From a virus (Duplodnaviria; Heunggongvirae; Uroviricota; Caudoviricetes), in the IMG/VR virus record IMGVR_UViG_2529292715_000006: a DNA stretch of 33,113 nucleotides. One strand, given 5' to 3'. Both the position numbers and the translations under genes were made by a program. Positions 7,229-15,299 of this stretch are shown here, in pieces. The stretch's first letter is position 1, and the number at the start of each line of letters is the position of its first letter. The notes under the pieces were generated by a model that searched no databases, had not been told where the DNA came from, and saw nothing but the letters and a program-made list of their open reading frames with translations.

Positions 7229-8170
7229 ATGAGCACTAAATTAACCGGCTATGTATGGGATGGTTGCGCTGCATCAGGCATGAAATTATCCAGCGTGGCA
7301 ATTATGGCCCGCCTGGCTGATTTCAGTAATGACGAAGGTGTGTGCTGGCCATCAATTGAAACCATTGCCCGCCAGATTGGCGCGGGAATGAGTACCGTCA
7401 GAACGGCTATCGCACGGCTGGAAGCAGAAGGCTGGTTAACGCGTAAGGCGCGTCGCCAGGGTAACCGCAATGCGTCGAATGTTTATCAGCTTAACGTTGC
7501 GAAGCTTCAGGCAGCGGCATTTTCTCAACTGTCAGATTCTGACCCGTCAAAATCTGACGCATCAAAATCTGACCCGTCAAAATTTGATGCGTCGAAATCT
7601 GGCAAAAAAGCGGGTTTTCACCCGTCAGAATCTGGCGGGGATCCGTCAGTAAAATCAAAACATGATCCGTCAGATAAAAAAACTTCTCGTCCGGACGCTT
7701 CGCAACCGGACACGCAGACGGCTGAACAGGAGTTTTTAACTCGCCATCCTGATGCGGTTGTATTCAGCCCTAAAAAGCGCCAGTGGGGAACGCAGGATGA
7801 TTTGACCTGCGCACAGTGGCTCTGGAAAAAAATCATCGCCCTGTACGAGCAGGCCGCCGAATGTGACGGCGAGGTGGTTCGTCCCAAAGAACCGAACTGG
7901 ACAGCCTGGGCAAACGAAATTCGCCTGATGTGTGTGCAGGATGGTCGTACTCATAAACAAATCTGCGAGATGTACAGCCGCGTCAGTCGCGATCCGTTCT
8001 GGTGCCGTAACGTGCTCAGCCCGTCGAAGCTGCGGGAAAAATGGGATGAGCTTTCCCTGCGCTTATCGCCGTCCGTCAGCACGTACACCGAAAAACGCGA
8101 AGACCCGTACTTCAAAGCTAGTTACGACAACGTGGACTACAGCCAAATCCCGGCAGGATTCAGGGGGTGA
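7229..8170 (+). CDS. Replication initiator (lambda O-like, iteron-binding)
   Basis: 313 aa; N-terminal winged-helix-like region, central low-complexity linker encoded by the iterons, conserved C-terminal domain; position after cro/cII-like genes. Confidence 0.75.
   Translation: MSTKLTGYVWDGCAASGMKLSSVAIMARLADFSNDEGVCWPSIETIARQIGAGMSTVRTAIARLEAEGWLTRKARRQGNRNASNVYQLNVAKLQAAAFSQLSDSDPSKSDASKSDPSKFDASKSGKKAGFHPSESGGDPSVKSKHDPSDKKTSRPDASQPDTQTAEQEFLTRHPDAVVFSPKKRQWGTQDDLTCAQWLWKKIIALYEQAAECDGEVVRPKEPNWTAWANEIRLMCVQDGRTHKQICEMYSRVSRDPFWCRNVLSPSKLREKWDELSLRLSPSVSTYTEKREDPYFKASYDNVDYSQIPAGFRG
7544..7603. repeat. Origin iterons: four tandem 15-bp direct repeats, followed by degenerate copies and an A-rich tract to ~7690
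   Basis: CCGTCAAAATCTGAC / GCATCAAAATCTGAC / CCGTCAAAATTTGAT / GCGTCGAAATCTGGC, then CCGTCAGAATCTGGC and further variants. Confidence 0.65.
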
Positions 8171-8172
8171 GC

Positions 8173-8661
8173 ATGAGTCTTTTGAATGACGTTCAGAAAT
8201 TCATTGAAGCCCATCGGGGCTGTACTTCCGGAGATATTGCGGATGCTTTTGCCGGTTACTCACGGCAGCGCGTTCTGCAGTCAGCAAGCAAGTTACGTCA
8301 GAGTGGGCGTGTGGCTCACCGTTGTGAAGGAGATACACGCAGACATTTCCCGCGCCTGACTGAGAGAGCGCAGGAACCGGAACCACAACCAGTTCGTGAA
8401 ACCAGACCTGTGCGCAATTTCTATGTCGGCACTAACGATCCCCGTGTGATTTTGTGCCTGACCCGCCAGGCGGAAGAACTGGAGTCCAGGGGCTTATACC
8501 GTCGTGCTGCAACCGTGTGGATGGCGGCATTCCGTGAAAGCCACTCCCAGCCAGAACGAAACAATTTTCTGGCGCGTCGTGAGCGGTGCTTACGGAAAAG
8601 CAGCAAGCGCGCTGCATCGGGTGAAGAGTGGTATCTGTCAGGGAATTACGTGGGGGCTTAA
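8173..8661 (+). CDS. Hypothetical protein (162 aa) downstream of the initiator
   Basis: ATG 8173 (track start 8167 is GTG); stop overlaps the next gene (TAATG). Confidence 0.55.
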   Translation: MSLLNDVQKFIEAHRGCTSGDIADAFAGYSRQRVLQSASKLRQSGRVAHRCEGDTRRHFPRLTERAQEPEPQPVRETRPVRNFYVGTNDPRVILCLTRQAEELESRGLYRRAATVWMAAFRESHSQPERNNFLARRERCLRKSSKRAASGEEWYLSGNYVGA

Positions 8662-9314
8662 TGAGTAATAAATATTGCCAGGCGCTGGTGGAACTGCGGA
8701 ACAAACCAGCCCATGAACTGAAGGAAGTGGGCGATCAGTGGCGCACGCCGGACAACATTTTCTGGGGAATTAACACCCTGTTTGGCCCGTTTGTTCTGGA
8801 TCTGTTCACTGACGGTGATAACGCCAAATGTGCCGCGTATTACACGGCGGAAGACAACGCGCTGGCGCATGACTGGTCAGAACGTCTTGCGGAGCTTAAA
8901 GGTGCTGCCTTTGGTAATCCCCCATACAGCCGCGCCAGTCAGCATGAGGGGCAATACATCACCGGCATGCGTTACATCATGAAACATGCCAGTGCCATGC
9001 GTGATAAGGGCGGGCGCTATGTTTTCCTGATCAAAGCTGCCACCAGCGAAGTGTGGTGGCCGGAAGATGCAGATCATATTGCTTTTATTCGCGGGCGTAT
9101 TGGTTTTGAACTGCCTGTCTGGTTTATCCCGAAAGACGAGAAGCAGGTACTGACAGGAGCTTTTTTCGCTGGTGCTATTGCTGTTTTTGACAAGACCTGG
9201 AAGGGACCGGCAATCAGCTACATCGGGCGCGATGAACTTGAGGCATGTGGTGAGGCGTTTCTGGCGCAGGTTCGCCAGCAGGCGGAAAAACTGGTCAGGG
9301 AGATGGCGGCATGA
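8661..9314 (+). CDS. Phage DNA N6-adenine methyltransferase (orphan, Dam-like)
   Basis: ...DLFTDGDNAKCAAYYTAEDNALAHDW...AFGNPPYS...: NPPY catalytic motif; ATG 8661 with G-rich SD. Confidence 0.85.
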   Translation: MSNKYCQALVELRNKPAHELKEVGDQWRTPDNIFWGINTLFGPFVLDLFTDGDNAKCAAYYTAEDNALAHDWSERLAELKGAAFGNPPYSRASQHEGQYITGMRYIMKHASAMRDKGGRYVFLIKAATSEVWWPEDADHIAFIRGRIGFELPVWFIPKDEKQVLTGAFFAGAIAVFDKTWKGPAISYIGRDELEACGEAFLAQVRQQAEKLVREMAA

Positions 9315-9637
9315 CGACGTTAACTCAATGCCAGCAGCAGGTGCTGGATATGCTGATTTCTTATCAGAAAGAACGTGGCTTCCCGCCAACCAATCAGGAG
9401 GTGGCAACCATGCTGGGATACCGTTCGGTGAATGCAGCGGTGGAGCATCTTCGCGCACTGGAGAAAAAAGGCGTCATCACGATAAAGCGTGGCGTGGCCC
9501 GGGGGATAACGCTTCATACCGCGGTGAAGGACGACGACAGCGAGGCGGTCGGGATTATCCGCGCACTGCTTGCCGGTGAGGAAAACGCAAGGCTGCGTGC
9601 AACCCACTGGTTACATGAGAGGGACCTGAAAGTATGA
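9311..9637 (+). CDS. LexA-like DNA-binding-domain protein lacking the peptidase domain (108 aa)
   Basis: ...PPTNQEVATMLGYRSVNAAVEHLRALEKKGVITIKRGVARGITL... resembles the LexA N-terminal winged HTH; no S24 domain follows. Confidence 0.7.
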   Translation: MTTLTQCQQQVLDMLISYQKERGFPPTNQEVATMLGYRSVNAAVEHLRALEKKGVITIKRGVARGITLHTAVKDDDSEAVGIIRALLAGEENARLRATHWLHERDLKV

Positions 9638-10023
9638 AGCTGATCCTGCCTTTTCCGCCCAGCGTGAACACGTACTGGCGACACCCCAACAAAGGGGCGT
9701 TTGCTGGTAAGAGCCTGATAAGCGCGGCGGGGCGAAAATTCCAGAGCGCGGCGTGCGCAGCAATAGTTGAGCAGTTACGTCGTCTGCCGAAACCAACGTC
9801 GGCACCTGCTTCAGTGGAGATCGTGTTGTTTCCTCCGGATAACCGGATCCGCGATCTGGACAACTATAACAAGGCGCTGTTTGACGCCCTGACCCACGCG
9901 GGTGTGTGGGAAGACGACAGTCAGGTGAAAAGAATGCTGGTGGAGTGGGGGCCGGTTATCCCGGAAGGGAAGGTCGAGATCACTATCAATAAGTACGAGA
10001 AAACGGCGGGTGCAGCCGCCTGA
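9634..10023 (+). CDS. rusA: RusA-family Holliday junction resolvase
   Basis: ...PPSVNTYWRH...RDLDNYNKALFDALTHAGVWEDDSQV... matches RusA catalytic-core motifs. Confidence 0.85.
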   Translation: MKLILPFPPSVNTYWRHPNKGAFAGKSLISAAGRKFQSAACAAIVEQLRRLPKPTSAPASVEIVLFPPDNRIRDLDNYNKALFDALTHAGVWEDDSQVKRMLVEWGPVIPEGKVEITINKYEKTAGAAA

Positions 10024-10042
10024 TTAAGAGGAGAAACGAAGT

Positions 10043-10840
10043 ATGAATAATCTGATGGTCATTGATGGTATTGAAGTTCGTCGTGATGCTTATGGGCGTT
10101 ACAGCCTGAACGATCTGCACAGGGCTGCCGGTTCTCAGGATAAGCATAAGCCTGCATTCTGGCTCCGCAATGAGCAAACCGAACGTTTAATAAGCGAGTT
10201 GCAGATTTGCAACTCGGTCAATATAGAGCCAGTTAACGTTAGTCGTGGCGGAAATAACCAGGGGACGTATGTCTGCAAAGAACTGGTGTATGCCTATGCA
10301 ATGTGGATCAGCCCGTCATTCCATCTGAAGGTGATCCGTACTTTCGATATGGTAACCAGCGCACCGGAAAAATTATCCGGGCAGGCTGCTGACAAGATGC
10401 AGGCTGGCGTGATTCTGCTGGACTTTATGCGGCGGGAGTTAAACCTGTCTAACTCATCTGTGCTTGGGGCCTGTCAGAAACTCCAGGAGGCTGTTGGCTT
10501 ACCGAATCTGGCACCACGCTATGCCATTGATGCTCCTGCTGACGCGCCTGATGGCTCAAGTCGCCCTACGCTGTCGCTGAGTGCACTGCTGAAACAGTAT
10601 GGTATCCGCCTGACAGCTAATCAGGCATATCACCAGATGGCGAAGCTGGGGATCGTTGAACAACGCGAACGATACAGCCGTACCGCGATTAACAACATCA
10701 AAAAATTCTGGTCGCTGACGGCGAAAGGCTGCATGTTCGGCAAGAACATTACCAGTCCTGCAAATCCGCGCGAGACGCAGCCGCATTTCTTCGAATCCCG
10801 ATTCCCTGAGCTGTTAAAGCTGCTCGATACCGTTCATTGA
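10043..10840 (+). CDS. KilA-N domain protein (anti-repressor-like)
   Basis: N-terminal ...YSLNDLHRAAGSQDKHKPAFWLRNEQTERLISEL... is KilA-N-like; strong SD AGAGGAG upstream. Confidence 0.8.
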   Translation: MNNLMVIDGIEVRRDAYGRYSLNDLHRAAGSQDKHKPAFWLRNEQTERLISELQICNSVNIEPVNVSRGGNNQGTYVCKELVYAYAMWISPSFHLKVIRTFDMVTSAPEKLSGQAADKMQAGVILLDFMRRELNLSNSSVLGACQKLQEAVGLPNLAPRYAIDAPADAPDGSSRPTLSLSALLKQYGIRLTANQAYHQMAKLGIVEQRERYSRTAINNIKKFWSLTAKGCMFGKNITSPANPRETQPHFFESRFPELLKLLDTVH

Positions 10841-10841
10841 G

Positions 10842-11837
10842 GTGACCGTGAGAGCACTACTGACCCCTGAAATTGCCCCGCGTATGGGGATCGTATTGTT
10901 CAGACCAGGTTCAGAGCTGATGCCCCTGTTTATGCAGGGGCGTGTACTGCTGGAGCCTGAGCCGGAACGTTATTCATCTTTCGCCAGTGGTGCCGTTCCC
11001 GCGGCATCACAACCGCTGGCGGATGATCCTGCTGTTCGGGCCGTGTTCCGCAATGAGGCAGTGATCCGTCGTGCTGGTGGCGTGGAATGTCTTGAAAGCT
11101 GGCTACTTCGTGAAAAAGGCTGCCAGTGGCCTCATTCCGACTGGCACAGCGAGAACATGACCACAATGCGACACGCTCCGGGCGCAATCCGTCTGTGCTG
11201 GCACTGTGATAACCAGCTGCGCGATCAGTTCACGGAACGGCTGGAATCAATGGCAACGGATAACTGTGCCCGCTGGGTGTTGTCTGTTGTGCGTCGGGAT
11301 CTCGGTTTTGATGATAGTCACGTTGTGACAATGCCGGAACTGTGCTGGTGGCTGATTCGTAATGACCTGGCGGATGCCTTACCGGAAAGTGCAGCCCGTA
11401 AGGCACTGAGATTACCAAAGCCTGTTGTGCCGTCTGTCACCCGGGAAAGTGACCTTGTGCCTTCGGTTCCTGCCACCAGCATCATCCAAGATAAGGCAAA
11501 AAAGGTGCTGGCGCTGAAAGTGGATCCGGAGTCGCCGGAGTCTTTTATGTTACGCCCAAAACGTCGCCGCTGGGTTAATGAGAAGTACACGCGCTGGGTT
11601 AAGACACAGCCGTGTGCATGTTGTGGAAAGCCCGCTGATGATCCCCACCACCTGATAGGCCACGGTCAGGGGGGAATGGGTACAAAAGCGCATGACCTCT
11701 TTGTGTTGCCTTTGTGCAGAAAGCATCACGACGAGCTGCATGCGGATACCGTGGCATTTGAAGAGAAGTATGGCTCCCAGCTGGAGCTGATATTTCGTTT
11801 TATCGATCGTGCGCTGGCAATTGGCGTGCTGGCCTGA
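10842..11837 (+). CDS. DUF968-like protein with C-terminal Cys/His (HNH-like) motif
   Basis: C-terminal ...CACCGKPADDPHHLIGHGQGGMGTKAHDLFVLPLCRKHHDELHAD...; start codon uncertain (GTG at 10842). Confidence 0.6.
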   Translation: MTVRALLTPEIAPRMGIVLFRPGSELMPLFMQGRVLLEPEPERYSSFASGAVPAASQPLADDPAVRAVFRNEAVIRRAGGVECLESWLLREKGCQWPHSDWHSENMTTMRHAPGAIRLCWHCDNQLRDQFTERLESMATDNCARWVLSVVRRDLGFDDSHVVTMPELCWWLIRNDLADALPESAARKALRLPKPVVPSVTRESDLVPSVPATSIIQDKAKKVLALKVDPESPESFMLRPKRRRWVNEKYTRWVKTQPCACCGKPADDPHHLIGHGQGGMGTKAHDLFVLPLCRKHHDELHADTVAFEEKYGSQLELIFRFIDRALAIGVLA

Positions 11838-11854
11838 TTTGGTGGAGAAAGTTG

Positions 11855-12220
11855 ATGCGTGATATTCAGATGGTTCTTGAGCGTTGGGGAGCATGGGCGG
11901 CGAGTGATAGTTCAGGCGTTGACTATTCACCTATAGCTGCTGGGTTTAAGGGACTTCTTCCCTATACCAGCAAGAAACGCTTGGCTTGTTCGGATAGTGA
12001 TGCATTAATTATTGAAGGTTGTCTTGCTCGTCTAAAGCAAAAAAGACCTTATGAGCATTCGCTTCTTGTGGCACATTATTTATACAGAATATCCAAGCGT
12101 AAGATTGCAAAGGCGCGTGGAAAGGATGAGAAATTGATACGTATAGAAATACAGCTAGCCGAAGGATTTATTGATGGCTGCCTTTCCATGCTAGATCTAA
12201 CATTAGATTTGGACGTTTAA
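11855..12220 (+). CDS. Putative late-gene antiterminator (Q-like, phage 82 type)
   Basis: 121 aa from ATG 11855 (GGAG 7 nt upstream); position upstream of the lysis cassette; family assignment is from memory. Confidence 0.5.
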   Translation: MRDIQMVLERWGAWAASDSSGVDYSPIAAGFKGLLPYTSKKRLACSDSDALIIEGCLARLKQKRPYEHSLLVAHYLYRISKRKIAKARGKDEKLIRIEIQLAEGFIDGCLSMLDLTLDLDV

Positions 12221-12221
12221 T

Positions 12222-12246
12222 AATACGCCCCATGCAGGGGCGTATT
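12222..12246. terminator. Bidirectional hairpin between the convergent Q-like and KAP NTPase genes
   Basis: AATACGCCCC-atgca-GGGGCGTATT perfect 10-bp inverted repeat with short T/A runs on both sides. Confidence 0.6.
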
Positions 12247-12248
12247 AT

Positions 12249-13580
12249 TTACTGGATGAATGACATTTGATTAATATATTTTATCAATAACTCTCTGGGT
12301 GTAGTACTCCAAAAATTTAGGTGTTCATAATCAGTATAAACAGTGGTGAATTTTTTAAGTTCTTCATCACTTTTAGGGGCAAATCGCTCATTAAGAGTAA
12401 TACTGTCTTTAATTATTCCGAAGAATACAATAGATATTTCAGGAATTTGCGATCTTCTCTCATAAGAATAAGGTATTTCTTTTATGTTAAGCAGATCTGC
12501 TAAATGAGATATAGATTCTGCGGTAATTTCTTGTTTTAGTTTTTCCTTGTCACCAAAGCAATGTATGAAGACAGCTACGACAAAGATCTTATTTATTAAA
12601 GGATCACTGCTTTTGTACTCATCGTCGTTTAATAGTTGAAAAATGTTAAGATTGCGTGAAAAAGTTTGTGTTTCACGTAAGGATAAGTTGGTTCGTTGAA
12701 TTAAATCACGGATAAATCTACCAGATAACCTATTAATTTCATTTAATGATTTTGTCTTGTCTACAAGGTAATTCCAATATATAACAGATGTTTTACATAC
12801 GACGTGACCATTTATTAAACATGTGTCTGGAAGCGTGATGGTATATTTTATAAACTTGTCAAGATACTTTTGTGAGTTAATACTATAACCATAAATATGA
12901 TTTATCGATGCTTTTAATTGTTCTGTGTTTGTAACTAAAATAAAAAAGACATTATTGATGTCAAAAATGTGTTTTATTGTTTCAATGACATTTGTTGAAA
13001 AACTCGGCTTACATCGGTCTAATTCATCAATTATAATTACTATCTTTTGACTTTCTGAAATGCTTTCGATGCAAGATTTAAGTGAATTTATGTTTTTCTC
13101 TGATTCCATATGGTCTTCAAGCAAATTTTCAATAGTCCCATCTATTGCTGCATTGCTTGCTTTCTTCATCGCATCTTGGAATTCTTCGGAAACTTCACTA
13201 GCCTCCTGTCGTAAAAACCAACCTGCACCAGCTTTTAGTACCGTTTTTAAACCAAAGCGAATTGCAGGAAGAGATCTCTTAATGAAGTGTTGTTTTTCTT
13301 CCTCAGGTAAAATGCTGGCAATTGCAGAGGTTATGAGAAGTAATGGAGATTCTGCATGATCCCCTTTAAAGGCATCAATATAAACAACTTTAGATTCAGT
13401 TTCTTGCTCAATAATGAGATTTTTCAGTTTGATACTAAATTCTGTTTTCCCTGTTCCCCATGCGCCGTCTATTACCAGTGGTGAAATGTCTGCCTCTGGT
13501 TTTAGCAACTTGATGATATTTTCAGCGATGTTTCTGCGTTGGAACTCGTCACGTTCAGTGAAAGATAGTGTATCTAACAT
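12249..13580 (-). CDS. KAP-family P-loop NTPase (PifA-like), candidate abortive-infection/defence protein
   Basis: 443 aa; Walker A ...DGAWGTGKTEF...; Walker B ...KIVIIIDELDRC...; markedly AT-rich; opposite orientation to flanking phage genes. Confidence 0.85.
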   Translation of the reverse strand: MLDTLSFTERDEFQRRNIAENIIKLLKPEADISPLVIDGAWGTGKTEFSIKLKNLIIEQETESKVVYIDAFKGDHAESPLLLITSAIASILPEEEKQHFIKRSLPAIRFGLKTVLKAGAGWFLRQEASEVSEEFQDAMKKASNAAIDGTIENLLEDHMESEKNINSLKSCIESISESQKIVIIIDELDRCKPSFSTNVIETIKHIFDINNVFFILVTNTEQLKASINHIYGYSINSQKYLDKFIKYTITLPDTCLINGHVVCKTSVIYWNYLVDKTKSLNEINRLSGRFIRDLIQRTNLSLRETQTFSRNLNIFQLLNDDEYKSSDPLINKIFVVAVFIHCFGDKEKLKQEITAESISHLADLLNIKEIPYSYERRSQIPEISIVFFGIIKDSITLNERFAPKSDEELKKFTTVYTDYEHLNFWSTTPRELLIKYINQMSFIQ

Positions 13581-13703
13581 AATATAAACCTATTAACTCC
13601 TACAGTAAAAAACGAATAATACGACTTTGGGATTAAAAATCATTAACGCGGTCCGCAAAAATTCTTGTAATCTGTTAAGAGTGGTTACTTCGCCACACAG
13701 CTT

Positions 13704-13738
13704 AAACCCGCCGTCGAGCGGGTTTTGTCGTTTTTGTT
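13704..13738 (+). terminator. Intrinsic terminator upstream of the lysis genes (tR'-like)
   Basis: AAACCCGC-cgtcga-GCGGGTTT followed by TGTCGTTTTTGTT on the plus strand. Confidence 0.6.
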
Positions 13739-13876
13739 GCTGGGGATTCGTTGGGCCTGGCCTATCCCGCAGTTATCCATTGGTTCGGCTCTTTGACGTT
13801 TCCGCTTCTGATTTGCGGTACATGATGTTCCCTCAATTTGCACCTGCTGTATCAGCGAGGTGAGAGATAACTACAA

Positions 13877-14203
13877 ATGCCTCATAACCCAAATACCTGG
13901 TTGGAGTTGGTCCAGAGCTGGTGGCGTGGAGACACACCGCTGGGCGCAGTGATTATGTCGATTGTTATGGCTGGCTTGCGCATTGCATATTTTGGCGGTG
14001 GTGGGGGCTGGAAACGAAAAACGCTCGAGATTTTGCTCTGTGGTGCTCTGACGCTGACTTTTGCATCCGCTCTTGAGTATGTCGGATGGCCTAAATCTCT
14101 TTCTGTTGCCATTGGTGGCGGCGTTGGGCTAATCGGGGTCGATGCTATTCGTGGGGCTGCAATGAGAGTAATCGGTAATAAGTTTGGTGGCTCTAAGGAG
14201 TAA
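13877..14203 (+). CDS. Holin (three predicted transmembrane segments)
   Basis: 108 aa with hydrophobic stretches LGAVIMSIVMAGLRIAYF, TLEILLCGALTLTFASALEYVGW, LSVAIGGGVGLIGVDAI; immediately upstream of the endolysin. Confidence 0.7.
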   Translation: MPHNPNTWLELVQSWWRGDTPLGAVIMSIVMAGLRIAYFGGGGGWKRKTLEILLCGALTLTFASALEYVGWPKSLSVAIGGGVGLIGVDAIRGAAMRVIGNKFGGSKE

Positions 14204-14206
14204 TTT

Positions 14207-14683
14207 ATGCAGGTACTAAATTCCCAGCGTAAAGCTTTCCTCGATATGGTGGCATGGTCAGAAGGAACGGATAACGGGCGACAACCGACACGTAATCACG
14301 GTTATGATGTTATTGTTGGCGGCGAACTGTTTACTGATTACTCTGATCACCCTCGCAAACTTGTCACGCTAAACCCCAAACTCAAATCAACAGCCGCCGG
14401 ACGTTATCAGCTTCTTTCACGCTGGTGGGATGCCTACCGTAAGCAGCTTGCTCTGAAAGACTTCTCCCCCAAAAGCCAGGATGCTGTGGCACTGCAACAG
14501 ATTAAAGAGCGTGGCGCTTTACCGATGATTGATCGCGGTGATATTCGTCAGGCTATCGACCGTTGCAGCAATATCTGGGCGTCGTTACCCGGTGCAGGTT
14601 ATGGTCAGTATGAACATAAAATCGGTGATTTGATTGCCCGGTTTAAAGAGGCTGGTGGGGTGGTAAATGAAGCTGAGCTATAA
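14207..14683 (+). CDS. R: Endolysin, lambda R-like lytic transglycosylase
   Basis: ...NSQRKAFLDMVAWSEGTDNGRQPTRNHGYDVIVGGELFTDYSDHPRKLVTLNPKLKSTAAGRYQLLSRWWDAYRKQL... is near-identical in motif content to lambda R; AAGGAG SD. Confidence 0.9.
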   Translation: MQVLNSQRKAFLDMVAWSEGTDNGRQPTRNHGYDVIVGGELFTDYSDHPRKLVTLNPKLKSTAAGRYQLLSRWWDAYRKQLALKDFSPKSQDAVALQQIKERGALPMIDRGDIRQAIDRCSNIWASLPGAGYGQYEHKIGDLIARFKEAGGVVNEAEL

Positions 14684-15059
14684 GCTGCTTATCGTTGGTT
14701 TCTTCGTTACTGTCATTGGTTCTTTCATCTGGTCGGCCAACCACTACTACAGCAAATATCAGTACGAAAAGAAACGTGCTGATGAGGCTGTACGAAATGC
14801 TGAATCAGCAACTGCCATTACCAATAACGTCCTGCAATCACTACAAATCGTCAATACAGTTCTGGAGGCTAACCAGCATGCAAAACAGCAGATCGCACTG
14901 GAGTCACAGAGAGCCCGGGAAGATATCAAAGTGGCTGTTGCGGATGATGATTGTGCTTCACGCCCTGTGCCTGATGTCGCTGCTGACCGGTTGCGGAAGT
15001 ACGCGGACAGTATACGTGCAGGTTCCAACGATGCCGTTACCGACGAACCTGCTCGCTGA
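14667..15059 (+). CDS. Rz-type inner-membrane spanin
   Basis: N-terminal transmembrane helix LLIVGFFVTVIGSFIWSA followed by a charged helical region; overlaps the endolysin stop. Confidence 0.75.
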   Translation: MKLSYKLLIVGFFVTVIGSFIWSANHYYSKYQYEKKRADEAVRNAESATAITNNVLQSLQIVNTVLEANQHAKQQIALESQRAREDIKVAVADDDCASRPVPDVAADRLRKYADSIRAGSNDAVTDEPAR

Positions 15060-15222
15060 AACTCCACAGCCAGTTATACCCAATCCTCTGACTTATGGGG
15101 ATAGTCTTAGTTTGAATGTAAGTCTGCTATCAGCACTGGGGCTATGTAACCGTGATAAGTCTGATCTTCGTAGGTTAGGAGAGCAAAAGTACAATCTGCA
15201 TTTGAATAATAATATTCATTAG
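14944..15222 (+). CDS. Rz1-type outer-membrane lipoprotein spanin (overlapped architecture)
   Basis: In the +1 frame of Rz: MMIVLHALCLMSLLTGCGS... (lipobox LLTGC) then Pro-rich PTMPLPTNLLAETPQPVIPNP; extends past the Rz stop. Confidence 0.6.
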   Translation: MMIVLHALCLMSLLTGCGSTRTVYVQVPTMPLPTNLLAETPQPVIPNPLTYGDSLSLNVSLLSALGLCNRDKSDLRRLGEQKYNLHLNNNIH

Positions 15223-15237
15223 GTGAAATATTATTAT

Positions 15238-15272
15238 TTGACTGTTCTAGTTATTATGCATTTAGTTACAAT
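15238..15272 (+). promoter_or_regulatory. Possible sigma70-type promoter for the membrane-protein moron
   Basis: TTGACT at 15238-15243, then weak -10 candidates (TTTAGT / TACAAT) in AT-rich DNA; low confidence. Confidence 0.3.
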
Positions 15273-15299
15273 ACTCTCACTATTAACAGTGAGGTAAAA

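Noticed and set aside
7544-7603. Tandem 15-bp repeats considered as a CRISPR array
   Set aside because: Repeats are contiguous with no spacers, lie inside a replication-initiator gene, and are followed by an A-rich tract; they are origin iterons.
8877-9458. 193-aa minus-strand ORF opposite the methyltransferase and LexA-like genes
   Set aside because: Antisense shadow of two translationally coupled plus-strand genes with recognisable motifs.
13627-13863. 78-aa plus-strand ORF upstream of the holin, considered as a partner gene for the KAP NTPase
   Set aside because: Spans the terminator hairpin, has no SD, and translates to Cys/Pro/Ser-rich sequence; judged non-coding.
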